Origin: Myxococcales bacterium
GTDB lineage: Bacteria; Myxococcota; Myxococcia; Myxococcales; UBA5297
NCBI GenBank assembly: GCA_037442205.1
Contig: JBBIQS010000039.1
Span: 6,102 to 70,101, forward strand
Reading direction: 5' to 3'
Length of the DNA: 64,000 nucleotides
Below the pieces are notes generated by a model. It saw only the letters and a program-made list of their open reading frames with translations, did not search any database and was not told the DNA's origin. Made by a program: the position numbers and the translations under genes. Positions 42,013 through 51,007 of the stretch are shown here, piece by piece. Within the stretch, counting starts at the first letter, position 1. Each line of letters opens with the position of its first letter.

Positions 42013-42741
42013 CTACTCCTTCGGCCGGCTGGCGCCCTCGATCCTCGCCAGCTCGAGCGGATGCTCGTGTTCCATGCGCTCCCGGCTGATCTTGCCGGTG
42101 AAGATCGCCGTATCGAAGGGGAACACGTCGGGGTTGAGGTGGGCGTTGTAGATGTGCCAGACGATGACCACCAGGAAGGCCATCAGGCCCTCGTTGCTGT
42201 GGGCCATCTTGGCGGCGGGAATCACCTCGCCGGGCAGCAGCCTTGCGACGGCGATCGGGAAGAACAGGATCAGCCCGGTGACCGCCATGATCAGCGCCCC
42301 GAACACCAGCCCCCAGTACTCGAACTTCTGCCGGTAGTCGAAGCGGTCGTACCTGGGCGGCGACTCGCGGAAGCCCAGGTAGTACTTCAAGGTGTCGATG
42401 GCGTCGCGGAAGTCCTGGCGCTTGGGGACGATGGCGAAGCTGGCCCGCCGCTGCGCCAGCTGCCAGATGTTGAGCGCGAAGTGGAACACCACCAGCGCCA
42501 CCATGAAGAAGCCACAGGCCCGGTGGACCTGGCGGGCGAAGGTCACCCCGCCCAGCGAGGCCATCAGCGCCTTGGCCCAGCCGCTGTCGTAGAACTTCTG
42601 CGGGAAGCCGGTCAGGCTCAACAGAGTGAAGCTGGTGAGCATGGCCACGTGCTCCAGCCGCTGGCGCAGCGAGAAGCGCGTCAGGAAGGGCTCGGTGCTC
42701 GGGCGGGCCATCGCGACGGCCTGATCAGAGGGCGTGCTCAT
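42013..42741 (-). CDS. Dihaem b-type cytochrome (FdnI/HydC-like membrane subunit)
   Basis: I trimmed the start to ATG 42741, which overlaps the upstream stop as ATGA. The protein has 4-5 TM helices with conserved His residues ([28 protein letters not shown]...WHIYNAH). Confidence 0.85.
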   Translation of the reverse strand: MSTPSDQAVAMARPSTEPFLTRFSLRQRLEHVAMLTSFTLLSLTGFPQKFYDSGWAKALMASLGGVTFARQVHRACGFFMVALVVFHFALNIWQLAQRRASFAIVPKRQDFRDAIDTLKYYLGFRESPPRYDRFDYRQKFEYWGLVFGALIMAVTGLILFFPIAVARLLPGEVIPAAKMAHSNEGLMAFLVVIVWHIYNAHLNPDVFPFDTAIFTGKISRERMEHEHPLELARIEGASRPKE

Positions 42742-43832
42742 CGGTTCACCACCACTCGCCACAGGTGCAGCAGGATCTGCAGCACCAGCCCGCCGATCAT
42801 GAAGGGGATGACCAGCGAGTAGAAGACCTTCACCCCGTACACCAGCGGCGCCTTGGTGAGGCTGGGCTCGTAGTGGCTCATCCAGGCGGCGGGGAAGCTG
42901 GCCCCGGAGTCGGGGTGGCACCTCTGGCAAGTCTTGACCAGGTTGGCGGCCATCACCCGCGAGTCCGGCGAGCGGACCTTGGCGATGTCGTGGACCCCGT
43001 GGCAGTCGGTGCACAGCGCCACCACCGGGTTGACCCCGCCCCTCTGCGCCGACTGCAGCGAGGCGGTCATCCCGTGGAAGTCGGAGAGGTAGGTCTGCAG
43101 CACCTTGGTCGACAGGCCGTACCTCTTCATCATCGGCTCGTTGGTGTGGCAACTGCCGCACATCTCCGGGGTCTTGAGCCGCCAGGCGCCGGCCTTGGGG
43201 TTGGCGATGTCGTGCGAGCGGTGGCAGTCGGTGCAGGTGGGCACGTCGGCGCTCTCGCCGCTGAGCAGCGCCTGGCCGTGCACCGACTTCACGTAAGAGG
43301 CGTTCACCGCCTCGTGGCACTTGGAGCAGGAGCGGCTGATGCGGGCCCGCGGCTCGGCGGCGCGGCCGACGTCGTGGGCCCCGTGGCAGTCGGCGCACAC
43401 CGCCGCCCCGAGGTTGCCGTTGTCGCGGGCGGCGTTGTGGACGCTGTCCAGGGTGCGCTGGTAGTTGGCGAAGTGGCACTGCTTGCACTGCTCGGAATAG
43501 TTGATGGTCAGCTCGCGGCGGGTCTTGAAGGCCTTGGGGTCGTGGCCGCCGGAGCTGCCCTTCAGATCGGCGTGGCAGTCGGTGCAGCTCAGGTTCTCGC
43601 CGTGTATCGAGCGGGCGAAGAGCTGGGCGTCGACGAACAGGCTCTGGGGCTCACCCCCTTCGAGCGCGACCTCCAGCCCCTGATCGCCGTGGCACTCCAG
43701 GCAGTCCTCGGCCGCCGCCGGCTTGCCGGCCGCCGGAGGGTCGGCGGGCCGCGCGCCCGCGTCGGGGGCCTGGGCGCGCGCCGAAGCGGCCGCCAGAGTC
43801 GCGACGAGCAGGCCCAGCAGACTCAGCCTCAT
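42738..43832 (-). CDS. Nine-haem c-type cytochrome with a C-terminal membrane anchor
   Basis: I trimmed the start to ATG 43832, with GAGGAGAGGAG upstream. It has a signal peptide ([20 protein letters not shown]). The 9 CxxCH motifs are CLECH, CTDCH, CKQCH, CADCH, CSKCH, CTDCH, CGSCH, CTDCH and CQRCH. A C-terminal TM helix follows. Confidence 0.9.
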   Translation of the reverse strand: MRLSLLGLLVATLAAASARAQAPDAGARPADPPAAGKPAAAEDCLECHGDQGLEVALEGGEPQSLFVDAQLFARSIHGENLSCTDCHADLKGSSGGHDPKAFKTRRELTINYSEQCKQCHFANYQRTLDSVHNAARDNGNLGAAVCADCHGAHDVGRAAEPRARISRSCSKCHEAVNASYVKSVHGQALLSGESADVPTCTDCHRSHDIANPKAGAWRLKTPEMCGSCHTNEPMMKRYGLSTKVLQTYLSDFHGMTASLQSAQRGGVNPVVALCTDCHGVHDIAKVRSPDSRVMAANLVKTCQRCHPDSGASFPAAWMSHYEPSLTKAPLVYGVKVFYSLVIPFMIGGLVLQILLHLWRVVVNR

Positions 43833-43966
43833 GGACTGCTCCTCTCCTCGAAGTCGCCCTCCGGTCCGCGGCGCAGTCGCTTCGCCCCAGGCCCGGTCGC
43901 TGCCTCGACCTCGGAACGGGGGCGCGTCGCGATAAGCGTCGGCGGCGCCCGAGGCCTCCCTGGAGT

Positions 43967-43985
43967 AGCAAATCGGCGATTTGCT
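43967..43985. promoter_or_regulatory. Perfect 8-3-8 palindrome (candidate operator) in the divergent cytochrome-operon/uspA intergenic region
   Basis: AGCAAATC-GGC-GATTTGCT, read directly. It lies about 135 nt upstream of the cytochrome operon ATG. Confidence 0.35.
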
Positions 43986-44168
43986 GTCACCCCAACCACA
44001 CGGCAAAAGCCATGCTTCTACGGCACGTTAGGAAGCCTACGGCGAGCTTGGCCTGTCGCCCTGCGGCCTGCCGGCGCACTTCGGTGGCGCCGCCGGTCGG
44101 GATAGCGAATCGATCGCTCGGCGCGGCCGTCGGCCGGCGCCTAGCGTTGAGGAGGGACGGAGGCGGTC

Positions 44169-44594
44169 ATGGGCTTCGAGCGGATCCTGGTGGGCGTCGA
44201 CGGCTCCGAGGCCTCGCTGCGGGCGCTGCGGTTGGGCGTCGAGATCGCCGCCAGGTTCGGGGCGAAGGTGACGCTGGTGACCGTCATCCCGCCGCTGCTG
44301 CTGCCCAACGACGCCTACGCGCCCGGGGTCGGGGCGATCGAGCAGGAGCACCGCCGGCATGCCGAGCAGGTGCTGGCTGAAGCGAGCGAGCTGCTGGAAC
44401 CGAAGGTTGAGGTCGACAAGGTCCAGCTCTTCGGCGCCCCGGCCGAGTCGCTGGCTCAGCTCGCCCAGTCTGACGAGGTGGGGATGGTGGTGGTCGGCAG
44501 CCGCGGGCGCAACGCGGTGATGCGGGTGCTGGTGGGCAGCGTCTCCGACCGGCTGGTCCACATCAGCCCCAAGCCGGTGCTGATCGTCCATTGA
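44169..44594 (+). CDS. Universal stress protein (UspA family)
   Basis: The protein reads MGFERILVGVDGSEAS...VVGSRGRNAVMRVLVGSVSDRLVHISPKPVLIV. Confidence 0.9.
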   Translation: MGFERILVGVDGSEASLRALRLGVEIAARFGAKVTLVTVIPPLLLPNDAYAPGVGAIEQEHRRHAEQVLAEASELLEPKVEVDKVQLFGAPAESLAQLAQSDEVGMVVVGSRGRNAVMRVLVGSVSDRLVHISPKPVLIVH

Positions 44595-44832
44595 GCCGGC
44601 GCCGGCCTGCCCGGCCGCGCACCGTGGTGGCCGCCCACCGCTTATGCGACAGGGCGGTCCGGCTGTTTCACCACGGCGCACCACAGCGCACCGCTCTGAA
44701 ACATTGCGCAACCTCGCAGCGCTCGCCCGCTCGCCCGCCGTCGCCGGCAATGTCCTGTGGTTCTCACTACTTGGCGGCGCCGCTCCGCGCGGCATGCGCC
44801 GTGCTCAGTGACCACCGAATCCCGAAAGCTCC

Positions 44833-45210
44833 ATGCGCCAGCCAGCCCACATGCCGACCGAGGTGCCTGAGGTCGATATCGCGTTCTCGGGATATCCGCC
44901 GGAAGCGGGTCCGGCGGTCGAGCGGCAGGCCCAGCTGCTGCGGGCGCTGGGCCATCCGGTGCGGCTGCAGTTGGTGCGGGCCCTGGCCGAAGCCCCGCTC
45001 TCGGTGAGCGCGCTCTCGCAGCGGCTCGACCTGCCCCAGAGCCGGGTCTCGCAGCAGCTGTCCCTGCTGCGCCACCAGAACCTGGTCTCGGCCATCCGCC
45101 GCCAGGGATTCGCCATCTACCACCTGGCCGAGCCGCACCTGCGCGCGCTGGTGGCCTGTCTCGACGAATGCTGCCCGCCCACGGCGACGGCAGCGGGGAG
45201 TGCCCGATGA
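44833..45210 (+). CDS. ArsR/SmtB-family transcriptional regulator
   Basis: The winged HTH reads LLRALGHPVRLQLVRALAEAPLSVSALSQRLDLPQSRVSQQLSLLRHQNLV. Its stop overlaps the next start as ATGA. Confidence 0.85.
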   Translation: MRQPAHMPTEVPEVDIAFSGYPPEAGPAVERQAQLLRALGHPVRLQLVRALAEAPLSVSALSQRLDLPQSRVSQQLSLLRHQNLVSAIRRQGFAIYHLAEPHLRALVACLDECCPPTATAAGSAR

Positions 45211-47396
45211 GCACGATGAGCCGCAGGACCTTCCTCAAGGTCGCCGGAGGGTCGGTGCTGGGCGGCCTGGCGGCGAGCGCCGGCCTGTTCGGCCGCGCGG
45301 TGAGCGCCCAGGAGCTGAGCGGGATCGTCCCCGACCGCGTGGTCCCCAGCTTCTGCGAGCTGTGCTTCTGGAAGTGCGGGGTGCTGGCCTACGTCAAGGA
45401 CGAGAAGGTCTACAAGATCGAGGGCAACCCCAAGCACCCGCTCTCCAACGGCATGCTCTGCCCGCGCGGCGCGGCGGCAGTGGGCGCGCTCTACGACCCC
45501 GACCGGCTGCGCCAGCCGCTGCTCAGGGTCGAGGAGAAGGGCGCCCAGAAGTGGAAGCCGGTCAGCTGGGAGGAGGCCCTCGACTTCACCGCCAGGCGGC
45601 TGACGGGGATCAAGGCCAAGTACGGCGCGGGCGCGATCGCCGTCTTCTCCCACGGCCACGGCGGCGGCTTCTTCAAGACGCTGCTCAAGGGCATGGGCTC
45701 GGGCAACGTGGTCGCCCCCAGCTACGACCAGTGCCGCGGCCCGCGCATGACCGGGTTCAACCTCACCTTCGGCCTCGACCCCAATTCGATCGAGACCATC
45801 GACATGGCTCACTCCAGGTGCATCGCCTTCCTCGGCACGCACCTGGGCGAGAACATGCACAACACCGCGGTCCAGGACGTCTCCGCCGCCAACGCCAACG
45901 GCGCGGTGTTCATCACCGTCGACCCGCGCTTCTCGATCATCGCCAGCAAGTCCAAGTACTGGCTGCCGATCAAGCCCGGCACCGACACCGCGCTGCTGCT
46001 GGCCTGGGCCCACGTGCTGATCAACGAGGGGCTGTACCAGAAGGAGTTCATCGAGAAGAACGCCATCGGCTTCGACCAGCTCAAGGAGCACCTGCAGGAT
46101 AAGACCCCGGAGTGGGCCTGGCTGCAGACCGGCATCGAGCCCTCGCTGATCCGCGAGACCGCGCGCGAGCTGGCCCGGGCCGCCCCAGCCTCGATGGTCA
46201 ACCCCGGCCGCCACGTGGTCTGGTACGGCAACGACGCGCAGCGCTCGCGGGCGGTGGCCATCGTCAACGCGCTGCTCGGCAACTGGGGCAAGAAGGGCGG
46301 CTTCTACCTGCCCGAGACCTACCCGGTCCCCGAGCTCAAGGGGCCCAAGCCGCCGCCGAGTGAGCACTTCCACCCGCGCCAGAAGTTCCCGTTCGCCGGC
46401 GCCGACTGCGCCTACGACGTCTGCGACGCCTCGCTCTCCAAGCCCAACGACCCGGCCAACGTGAAGGCCTGGCTGGTCTATGGCTGCAACGTGCCGCTGA
46501 CCCTGCCCAACACGGAGCAGACCATCGCCGCGATGAAGGAGCTGGAGCTGGTGGTGGCCATCGACACCATGCCCGCCGAGGTCACCGGCTGGGCGGACGT
46601 GATCCTGCCCGAGAACACCTACCTCGAGCGCTTCGACGAGCTGCATAACCCGCCCTTCCGCGTCCCCTACGTAGCGGTGCGCCAGCCGGCGGTGGCCTCG
46701 CTCTACGACACCAAGCCCGGCTGGTGGATCGCCAAGGGCCTGGCGGAGCGGATGGGTCTGGCCGAGTACTTCCCGTGGAAGGACATCGAGGAGTACCTCG
46801 ACAAGCGCTGCCAGGCGGTGGGCATCGACTTGGCCACTCTGAAGAAGGAAGGCGTGATCGCCCGCGAGCCCAAGGGCATCTACGACGACTCGCCGGAGAT
46901 GACCTTCGCCACCCCGAGCAAGAAGATCGAGCTCTACAGCCAGCAACTGGCCGACGCCGGGCTGGACCCGATCCCGCGCTACGAGCCGCCGGAGGAGCCG
47001 CCTGCAGGCTACTTCCGGCTGCTCTTCGGCCGGGCCCCGGTCCACACCTTCACCCGCACCACCAACAATCCCCAGCTCAACGAGATCTTCCCCGAGAACG
47101 AGCTCTGGATGAACGGCTCGATGGCGCGCTCGCTGGGCCTCAAGAACGGCGACCGGGTGATGCTGGAGAACCAGGACCGGGTGAAGGTCGGGCCGATCAA
47201 GCTCAAGGTCACCGAGCGCATCCGCCAGGACTGCGTCTACATGGTCCACGGCTTCGGGCGCGAGGACGCGCGGCTGCGCAAGAGCTACCGGCGCGGGGCC
47301 GCCGACTCGCGGCTGATCACCCGCATCAAGCGGGACCCGCTGATGGGCGGCACCGGGATGAACGTCAACTTCGTCTCCGTCTTCAAGGAGGGCTGA
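45207..47396 (+). CDS. Tat-exported molybdopterin oxidoreductase catalytic subunit (PsrA/PhsA/TtrA-like)
   Basis: The twin-arginine signal is MSTMSRRTFLKVAGG. The N-terminal 4Fe-4S motif is CELCFWKC...CPRG. The protein has the length and collinearity of the DMSO-reductase superfamily. The substrate cannot be assigned from sequence alone. Confidence 0.9.
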   Translation: MSTMSRRTFLKVAGGSVLGGLAASAGLFGRAVSAQELSGIVPDRVVPSFCELCFWKCGVLAYVKDEKVYKIEGNPKHPLSNGMLCPRGAAAVGALYDPDRLRQPLLRVEEKGAQKWKPVSWEEALDFTARRLTGIKAKYGAGAIAVFSHGHGGGFFKTLLKGMGSGNVVAPSYDQCRGPRMTGFNLTFGLDPNSIETIDMAHSRCIAFLGTHLGENMHNTAVQDVSAANANGAVFITVDPRFSIIASKSKYWLPIKPGTDTALLLAWAHVLINEGLYQKEFIEKNAIGFDQLKEHLQDKTPEWAWLQTGIEPSLIRETARELARAAPASMVNPGRHVVWYGNDAQRSRAVAIVNALLGNWGKKGGFYLPETYPVPELKGPKPPPSEHFHPRQKFPFAGADCAYDVCDASLSKPNDPANVKAWLVYGCNVPLTLPNTEQTIAAMKELELVVAIDTMPAEVTGWADVILPENTYLERFDELHNPPFRVPYVAVRQPAVASLYDTKPGWWIAKGLAERMGLAEYFPWKDIEEYLDKRCQAVGIDLATLKKEGVIAREPKGIYDDSPEMTFATPSKKIELYSQQLADAGLDPIPRYEPPEEPPAGYFRLLFGRAPVHTFTRTTNNPQLNEIFPENELWMNGSMARSLGLKNGDRVMLENQDRVKVGPIKLKVTERIRQDCVYMVHGFGREDARLRKSYRRGAADSRLITRIKRDPLMGGTGMNVNFVSVFKEG

Positions 47397-47400
47397 GCCG

Positions 47401-47937
47401 ATGGCCCGCTACGGCATGACGGTCGATCAGCGGCTGTGCGTCACCTGCAACGCCTGCGTGATCGCCTGCAAGAACGAGAACAAGGTCCCGGAGGGCGCCG
47501 CCCGCTGCTGGACGGCGCAGATCGAGCGCGGGAGCTTCCCCACCGTCTCGCTGGAAACGCGCTCCGAGCGCTGCAACCACTGCGAGAACGCCCCCTGCGT
47601 CTCGGCCTGCCCCACCCGCGCCAGCCACTACCTGGCCGGCGGGCTGGTGGCGGTGGACAAGGACAAGTGCGTCGGCTGCAAGGCCTGCGTCACGGCCTGT
47701 CCCTACGAGGCCCGCTACATCCATCCCGCAGGCTACGTGGACAAATGCTCCTTCTGCCCGCACCGGGTGCAGAAGGGCCAGGAGCCGGCCTGCGTGGCGG
47801 TCTGCCCCACCGACGCCCTGACCTTCGGCGATCTCGACGACCCGCACTCCAAGGTCCACCGCCAGCTGCAGACCCGGACCTTCAAGGTCCTCAAGGAAGA
47901 AGAGGACACCCGCCCCAAGGTCTTCTTCCTCACCTGA
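47401..47937 (+). CDS. 4Fe-4S ferredoxin electron-transfer subunit (PsrB/NrfC-like)
   Basis: It has four Cys clusters (CVTCNACVIAC, CNHCENAPC..C, CVGCKACVTAC, CSFCPHR...C). Confidence 0.9.
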   Translation: MARYGMTVDQRLCVTCNACVIACKNENKVPEGAARCWTAQIERGSFPTVSLETRSERCNHCENAPCVSACPTRASHYLAGGLVAVDKDKCVGCKACVTACPYEARYIHPAGYVDKCSFCPHRVQKGQEPACVAVCPTDALTFGDLDDPHSKVHRQLQTRTFKVLKEEEDTRPKVFFLT

Positions 47938-47949
47938 CCGGACGACGCC

Positions 47950-49203
47950 ATGAGCTCACAAACTCTCGACTTGCGCGCTGCGCTCTCCCAGGTGCCCAAA
48001 CTATTCCTGGTGACCGACGGCGATCCCAAGCACACCGCCCGCGGCAAGCTGCTGCTGCGGGGCCTGCTGGCCGTCGCTCTGGCCGGCCTGGTCTCGGGGA
48101 TCATCGCCTTCCTCTACGGGCACCACGTGATGGGCACCAACTCCGAGATCCCCTGGGGCGTGCTCATCGCCAGCTACACATTCTTCGTGGCCAACACCAG
48201 CGGGCTGTGCCTGGTCGGCTCGCTGGGGCACGTCTTCGGCTACAAGCTCTTCGAGCCGGTGGCCAAGAAGGCGCTCCTGCTGGCGCTGATCAACCTGCTG
48301 TTGGGCTTCGCGGTCATCGGCAGCGAGCTCGAGCGGCCGCTCCTGCTTCTGAAGATGGTTCTGCTCTCCCCCAACCCCACCTCGCCGATCTGGTGGATGG
48401 GCACGCTCTATGGGCTCTACCTCTTCGTCATCCTCTTCGAGCTCTACTTCCTGCTGCGCGAGGATCACCGGCGGGCCAAAGTGGCCGGAATCGTCGGGGT
48501 GATTGCGGCGGTGGCGGCGCACACCAACCTGGGCGCAGTGTTCGGGCTGTCCCACGCGCGCGCATTCTGGGCTGGGCCGTTCTTCCCCATCTTCTTCCTG
48601 GCCTGGGCACTGGCCTGCGGCGCGGCGCTGCTGGCGCTGATGGTCTACTTCCAGGACTACTTCTCCCGCGCCGACAAGCAGGTGCGCGAGGAGCACAAAC
48701 CGCTGCTGGCGGCGCTCGGCCAACTGCTGGCGCTCTTCCTGTCGATCGTGGCGGTGCTGGCGGCCTGGAAGCTCATCTCCGACGTCTACGCCGACCACCG
48801 CGGGCTGGCGGTCATCGGCTGGGCGCGGATGACCGGACCGCTCTTCTTCTCAGTGTGGATCTTCGAGATCTTCCTGGGGCTGGTGATCCCGCTGGCGCTG
48901 CTGTTGGGGCCCAAGCGCAACCAGCCGCGGACCATCGCCATGGCGGCGGCGCTGCCGATGCTGGGCGTCTTCGTGATGCGCTACAACTTCGTCTACGCCG
49001 GCCAGATGCTCTCGCTGAAGCCGATCGTCGGGCACCTGGGCGAGGTCATCACCTACGGCCCGCCGTTCAAAGGCAACCCCGCCGGCTTCCTCTCGTACAC
49101 GCCCTCGATCGTCGAGGCGCTCATCGTCGCCGGCGCCGTGGCCGGCGTGATCCTGCTCTACGTCGCCGGCACCAAGCTGCTCGAGCCGGCCAAGGAGGCC
49201 TGA
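47950..49203 (+). CDS. NrfD/PsrC-family integral-membrane quinol-interacting subunit
   Basis: The 417-aa ORF has about 10 TM helices. Its position after the A and B subunits is the canonical PsrABC order. Confidence 0.85.
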   Translation: MSSQTLDLRAALSQVPKLFLVTDGDPKHTARGKLLLRGLLAVALAGLVSGIIAFLYGHHVMGTNSEIPWGVLIASYTFFVANTSGLCLVGSLGHVFGYKLFEPVAKKALLLALINLLLGFAVIGSELERPLLLLKMVLLSPNPTSPIWWMGTLYGLYLFVILFELYFLLREDHRRAKVAGIVGVIAAVAAHTNLGAVFGLSHARAFWAGPFFPIFFLAWALACGAALLALMVYFQDYFSRADKQVREEHKPLLAALGQLLALFLSIVAVLAAWKLISDVYADHRGLAVIGWARMTGPLFFSVWIFEIFLGLVIPLALLLGPKRNQPRTIAMAAALPMLGVFVMRYNFVYAGQMLSLKPIVGHLGEVITYGPPFKGNPAGFLSYTPSIVEALIVAGAVAGVILLYVAGTKLLEPAKEA

Positions 49204-49204
49204 G

Positions 49205-49786
49205 ATGGCCGAGACCACTCAGCTCGCCGAGTCGCAGCCGAAGCGGCCGGCGCCCTACTGGAACTCCTACGTCGCCGGCTTCGGCCTGGGGCTGGTGCTG
49301 CTGGCCTCCTACGTGCTGGCCGGCCGCGGCCTGGGGGCCTCCGGCGCGGCCACGCGCATCGCCAGCTACGCGGTGCACAAGGTCGACGCCATGGCCCATG
49401 GCGGCACCGAGGCCGAGGGGCACACCGTCGCCCGGGCCAACGCCTACATGGCGCCCTACGTGAAGGGCCCGGCCGATCCCTTCGACGACTTCCTGGTCTA
49501 CCTGATGGTCGGAATACTCTTCGGCGGATTCGCCAGCGGCTGGTCCGCCGGGCGAGTCTCCTTCGAGATCGTCAAAGGCCCGCACGCCACCAACAAGAGG
49601 CGGCTGGCGCTGGCGCTGCTGGGCGGCTTCATCTCCGCCTACGGAGCGCGGCTGGCGCGCGGCTGCACTTCGGGGCAAGCGCTGAGCGGCGGGGCCACGC
49701 TGGCGCTGGGGAGCTGGGCATTCATGCTCGCGGTCTTCGCCGGCGGCTACGCGCTGGCCTACTTCCTCAGGAAGGAGTGGCTCTGA
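49205..49786 (+). CDS. YeeE/YedE-family sulfur-compound transporter, half-size unit 1
   Basis: The hydrophobic 193-aa protein carries the LARGCTSGQALSG motif typical of YeeE/YedE. Confidence 0.85.
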   Translation: MAETTQLAESQPKRPAPYWNSYVAGFGLGLVLLASYVLAGRGLGASGAATRIASYAVHKVDAMAHGGTEAEGHTVARANAYMAPYVKGPADPFDDFLVYLMVGILFGGFASGWSAGRVSFEIVKGPHATNKRRLALALLGGFISAYGARLARGCTSGQALSGGATLALGSWAFMLAVFAGGYALAYFLRKEWL

Positions 49787-50379
49787 TGGAACCGCTCGCT
49801 CCAGTCACCAAGGTCTTCGAGCTGGGCGCCAACGCCGAGGCGGTGCTGGCCATGCTGCTCGGCTTCGGCTTCGGCTTCATGCTCGAGAAGGGCGGCTTCG
49901 GCAGCTCGAAGGTTCTGGCCGGCCAGTGGTACGGCTACAACTTCGCGGTGCTGCGGGTGATGTTCACCGCGATCATCACCAGCATGGTCGGCCTGTTCGG
50001 CCTTCGCTACCTGGGGGTGGTCAACTTCGAGCTGGTCTACGTCAACGAGACCTTCCTCTGGCCGCAGATCGTCGGCGGCTTCATCTTCGGCATCGGCTTC
50101 GTGATCGGGCAGTTTTGCCCTGGGACGGCGCTCGCCGCCTGCGCCACTGGGAAGATCGACGCCATGGTCTTCACCGCCGGCTTCTGGATCGGGATCGTCG
50201 CCTTCTCGTTCAGCTTCCCGCTGTTCTCCAGGTTCTATGACAGCTCGAGCATGGGCCGGATGCTGGTCTCCGACTGGCTGCACCTGCCGGCGGGAGTGGT
50301 GGTCTTCCTGGTAGTGCTGATCGCGCTGGGAGCCTTCGCCCTCACCCATTTCCTCGACAAGAAGCTGGCCAAGAGCTGA
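49786..50379 (+). CDS. YeeE/YedE-family sulfur-compound transporter, half-size unit 2
   Basis: ATG 49786 overlaps the upstream TGA by 1 nt, and AGGAAGGAG lies 9 nt upstream. The motif is GQFCPGTALAACATG. Confidence 0.85.
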   Translation: MEPLAPVTKVFELGANAEAVLAMLLGFGFGFMLEKGGFGSSKVLAGQWYGYNFAVLRVMFTAIITSMVGLFGLRYLGVVNFELVYVNETFLWPQIVGGFIFGIGFVIGQFCPGTALAACATGKIDAMVFTAGFWIGIVAFSFSFPLFSRFYDSSSMGRMLVSDWLHLPAGVVVFLVVLIALGAFALTHFLDKKLAKS

Positions 50380-50391
50380 GTCGGAGGGACC

Positions 50392-51006
50392 ATGTTGACC
50401 CGCAACCGCATCGTCTTCGCCGTGGTCTTCGCGCTGGCTGGCGCTGGCGTGGCCGCGCTGTCCTTCAAGGGCGACCCGCCGCGGGAGCTGAATGCCGCCT
50501 TCCACGCCGACAGCGCCAAGCAGGTGAGTCCCGCCGAGCTGGCCAGCTGGATCATCGAGGGCCGGCGGGACTTCACTGTGGTCGACACCCGGCCGGTGGA
50601 GAACTACCAGGCCAGCCACGTGCGCGACGCGGTCAGCTGCGGTAGCTGCCACCAGTCGAAGCAGCAGGCGCGCGAGTCGGAGACCTTCGTCGATCTCTCG
50701 AAGAAGATCGTGCTCTACGCCCAGTCCGACGCCGACGAGATCGTGCTGCCCAAGATCCTGGTCGAGAACCCGCGGCTGCTGAGGCTGTCGGGAGGCTTTG
50801 AAGGTTGGCAGCAGGAGATCCTGGCGCCGGTGAAGCAGGAGGGCCTGACCAGCGATGAGCAGGTCCTCGACGCACGCCGCCGCGAGGCGCGACGCGCCTT
50901 CTTCTCCGGCGAGACGCCCAGCGCCCCGGCACCGGTGAAAGCGCCCGTCGAGCCGGTTCGCCGCGGCGGTCCCCATAAGGCGGCAGCAGCCGCCGAGGGC
51001 TGCTGA
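50392..51006 (+). CDS. Membrane-anchored rhodanese-homology-domain protein lacking the catalytic Cys but carrying CGSCH
   Basis: It has an N-terminal TM anchor. The rhodanese fold signals are VSPAELASWI...FTVVDTRP...SHVRDAV...IVLYAQSD...LSGGFEGW. The active-site position reads YA rather than YC. Confidence 0.75.
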   Translation: MLTRNRIVFAVVFALAGAGVAALSFKGDPPRELNAAFHADSAKQVSPAELASWIIEGRRDFTVVDTRPVENYQASHVRDAVSCGSCHQSKQQARESETFVDLSKKIVLYAQSDADEIVLPKILVENPRLLRLSGGFEGWQQEILAPVKQEGLTSDEQVLDARRREARRAFFSGETPSAPAPVKAPVEPVRRGGPHKAAAAAEGC

Positions 51007-51007
51007 G

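Noticed and set aside
45117-47249. 710-aa minus-strand ORF
   Set aside because: It is antisense to the molybdopterin oxidoreductase gene, which has Tat-signal and FeS motifs.
45207-47396. Calling the molybdoenzyme a respiratory arsenate reductase (ArrA) because of the adjacent ArsR regulator
   Set aside because: No arsC, arsB/acr3 or arrB-specific context is present. The operon partners (NrfD subunit, YeeE/YedE, rhodanese) point to sulfur compounds. ArsR-family regulators are not arsenic-specific. The substrate is left unassigned.
45207-47396. Selenocysteine (in-frame TGA) in the molybdopterin subunit
   Set aside because: The ORF is continuous with no internal stop, so there is nothing to recode.
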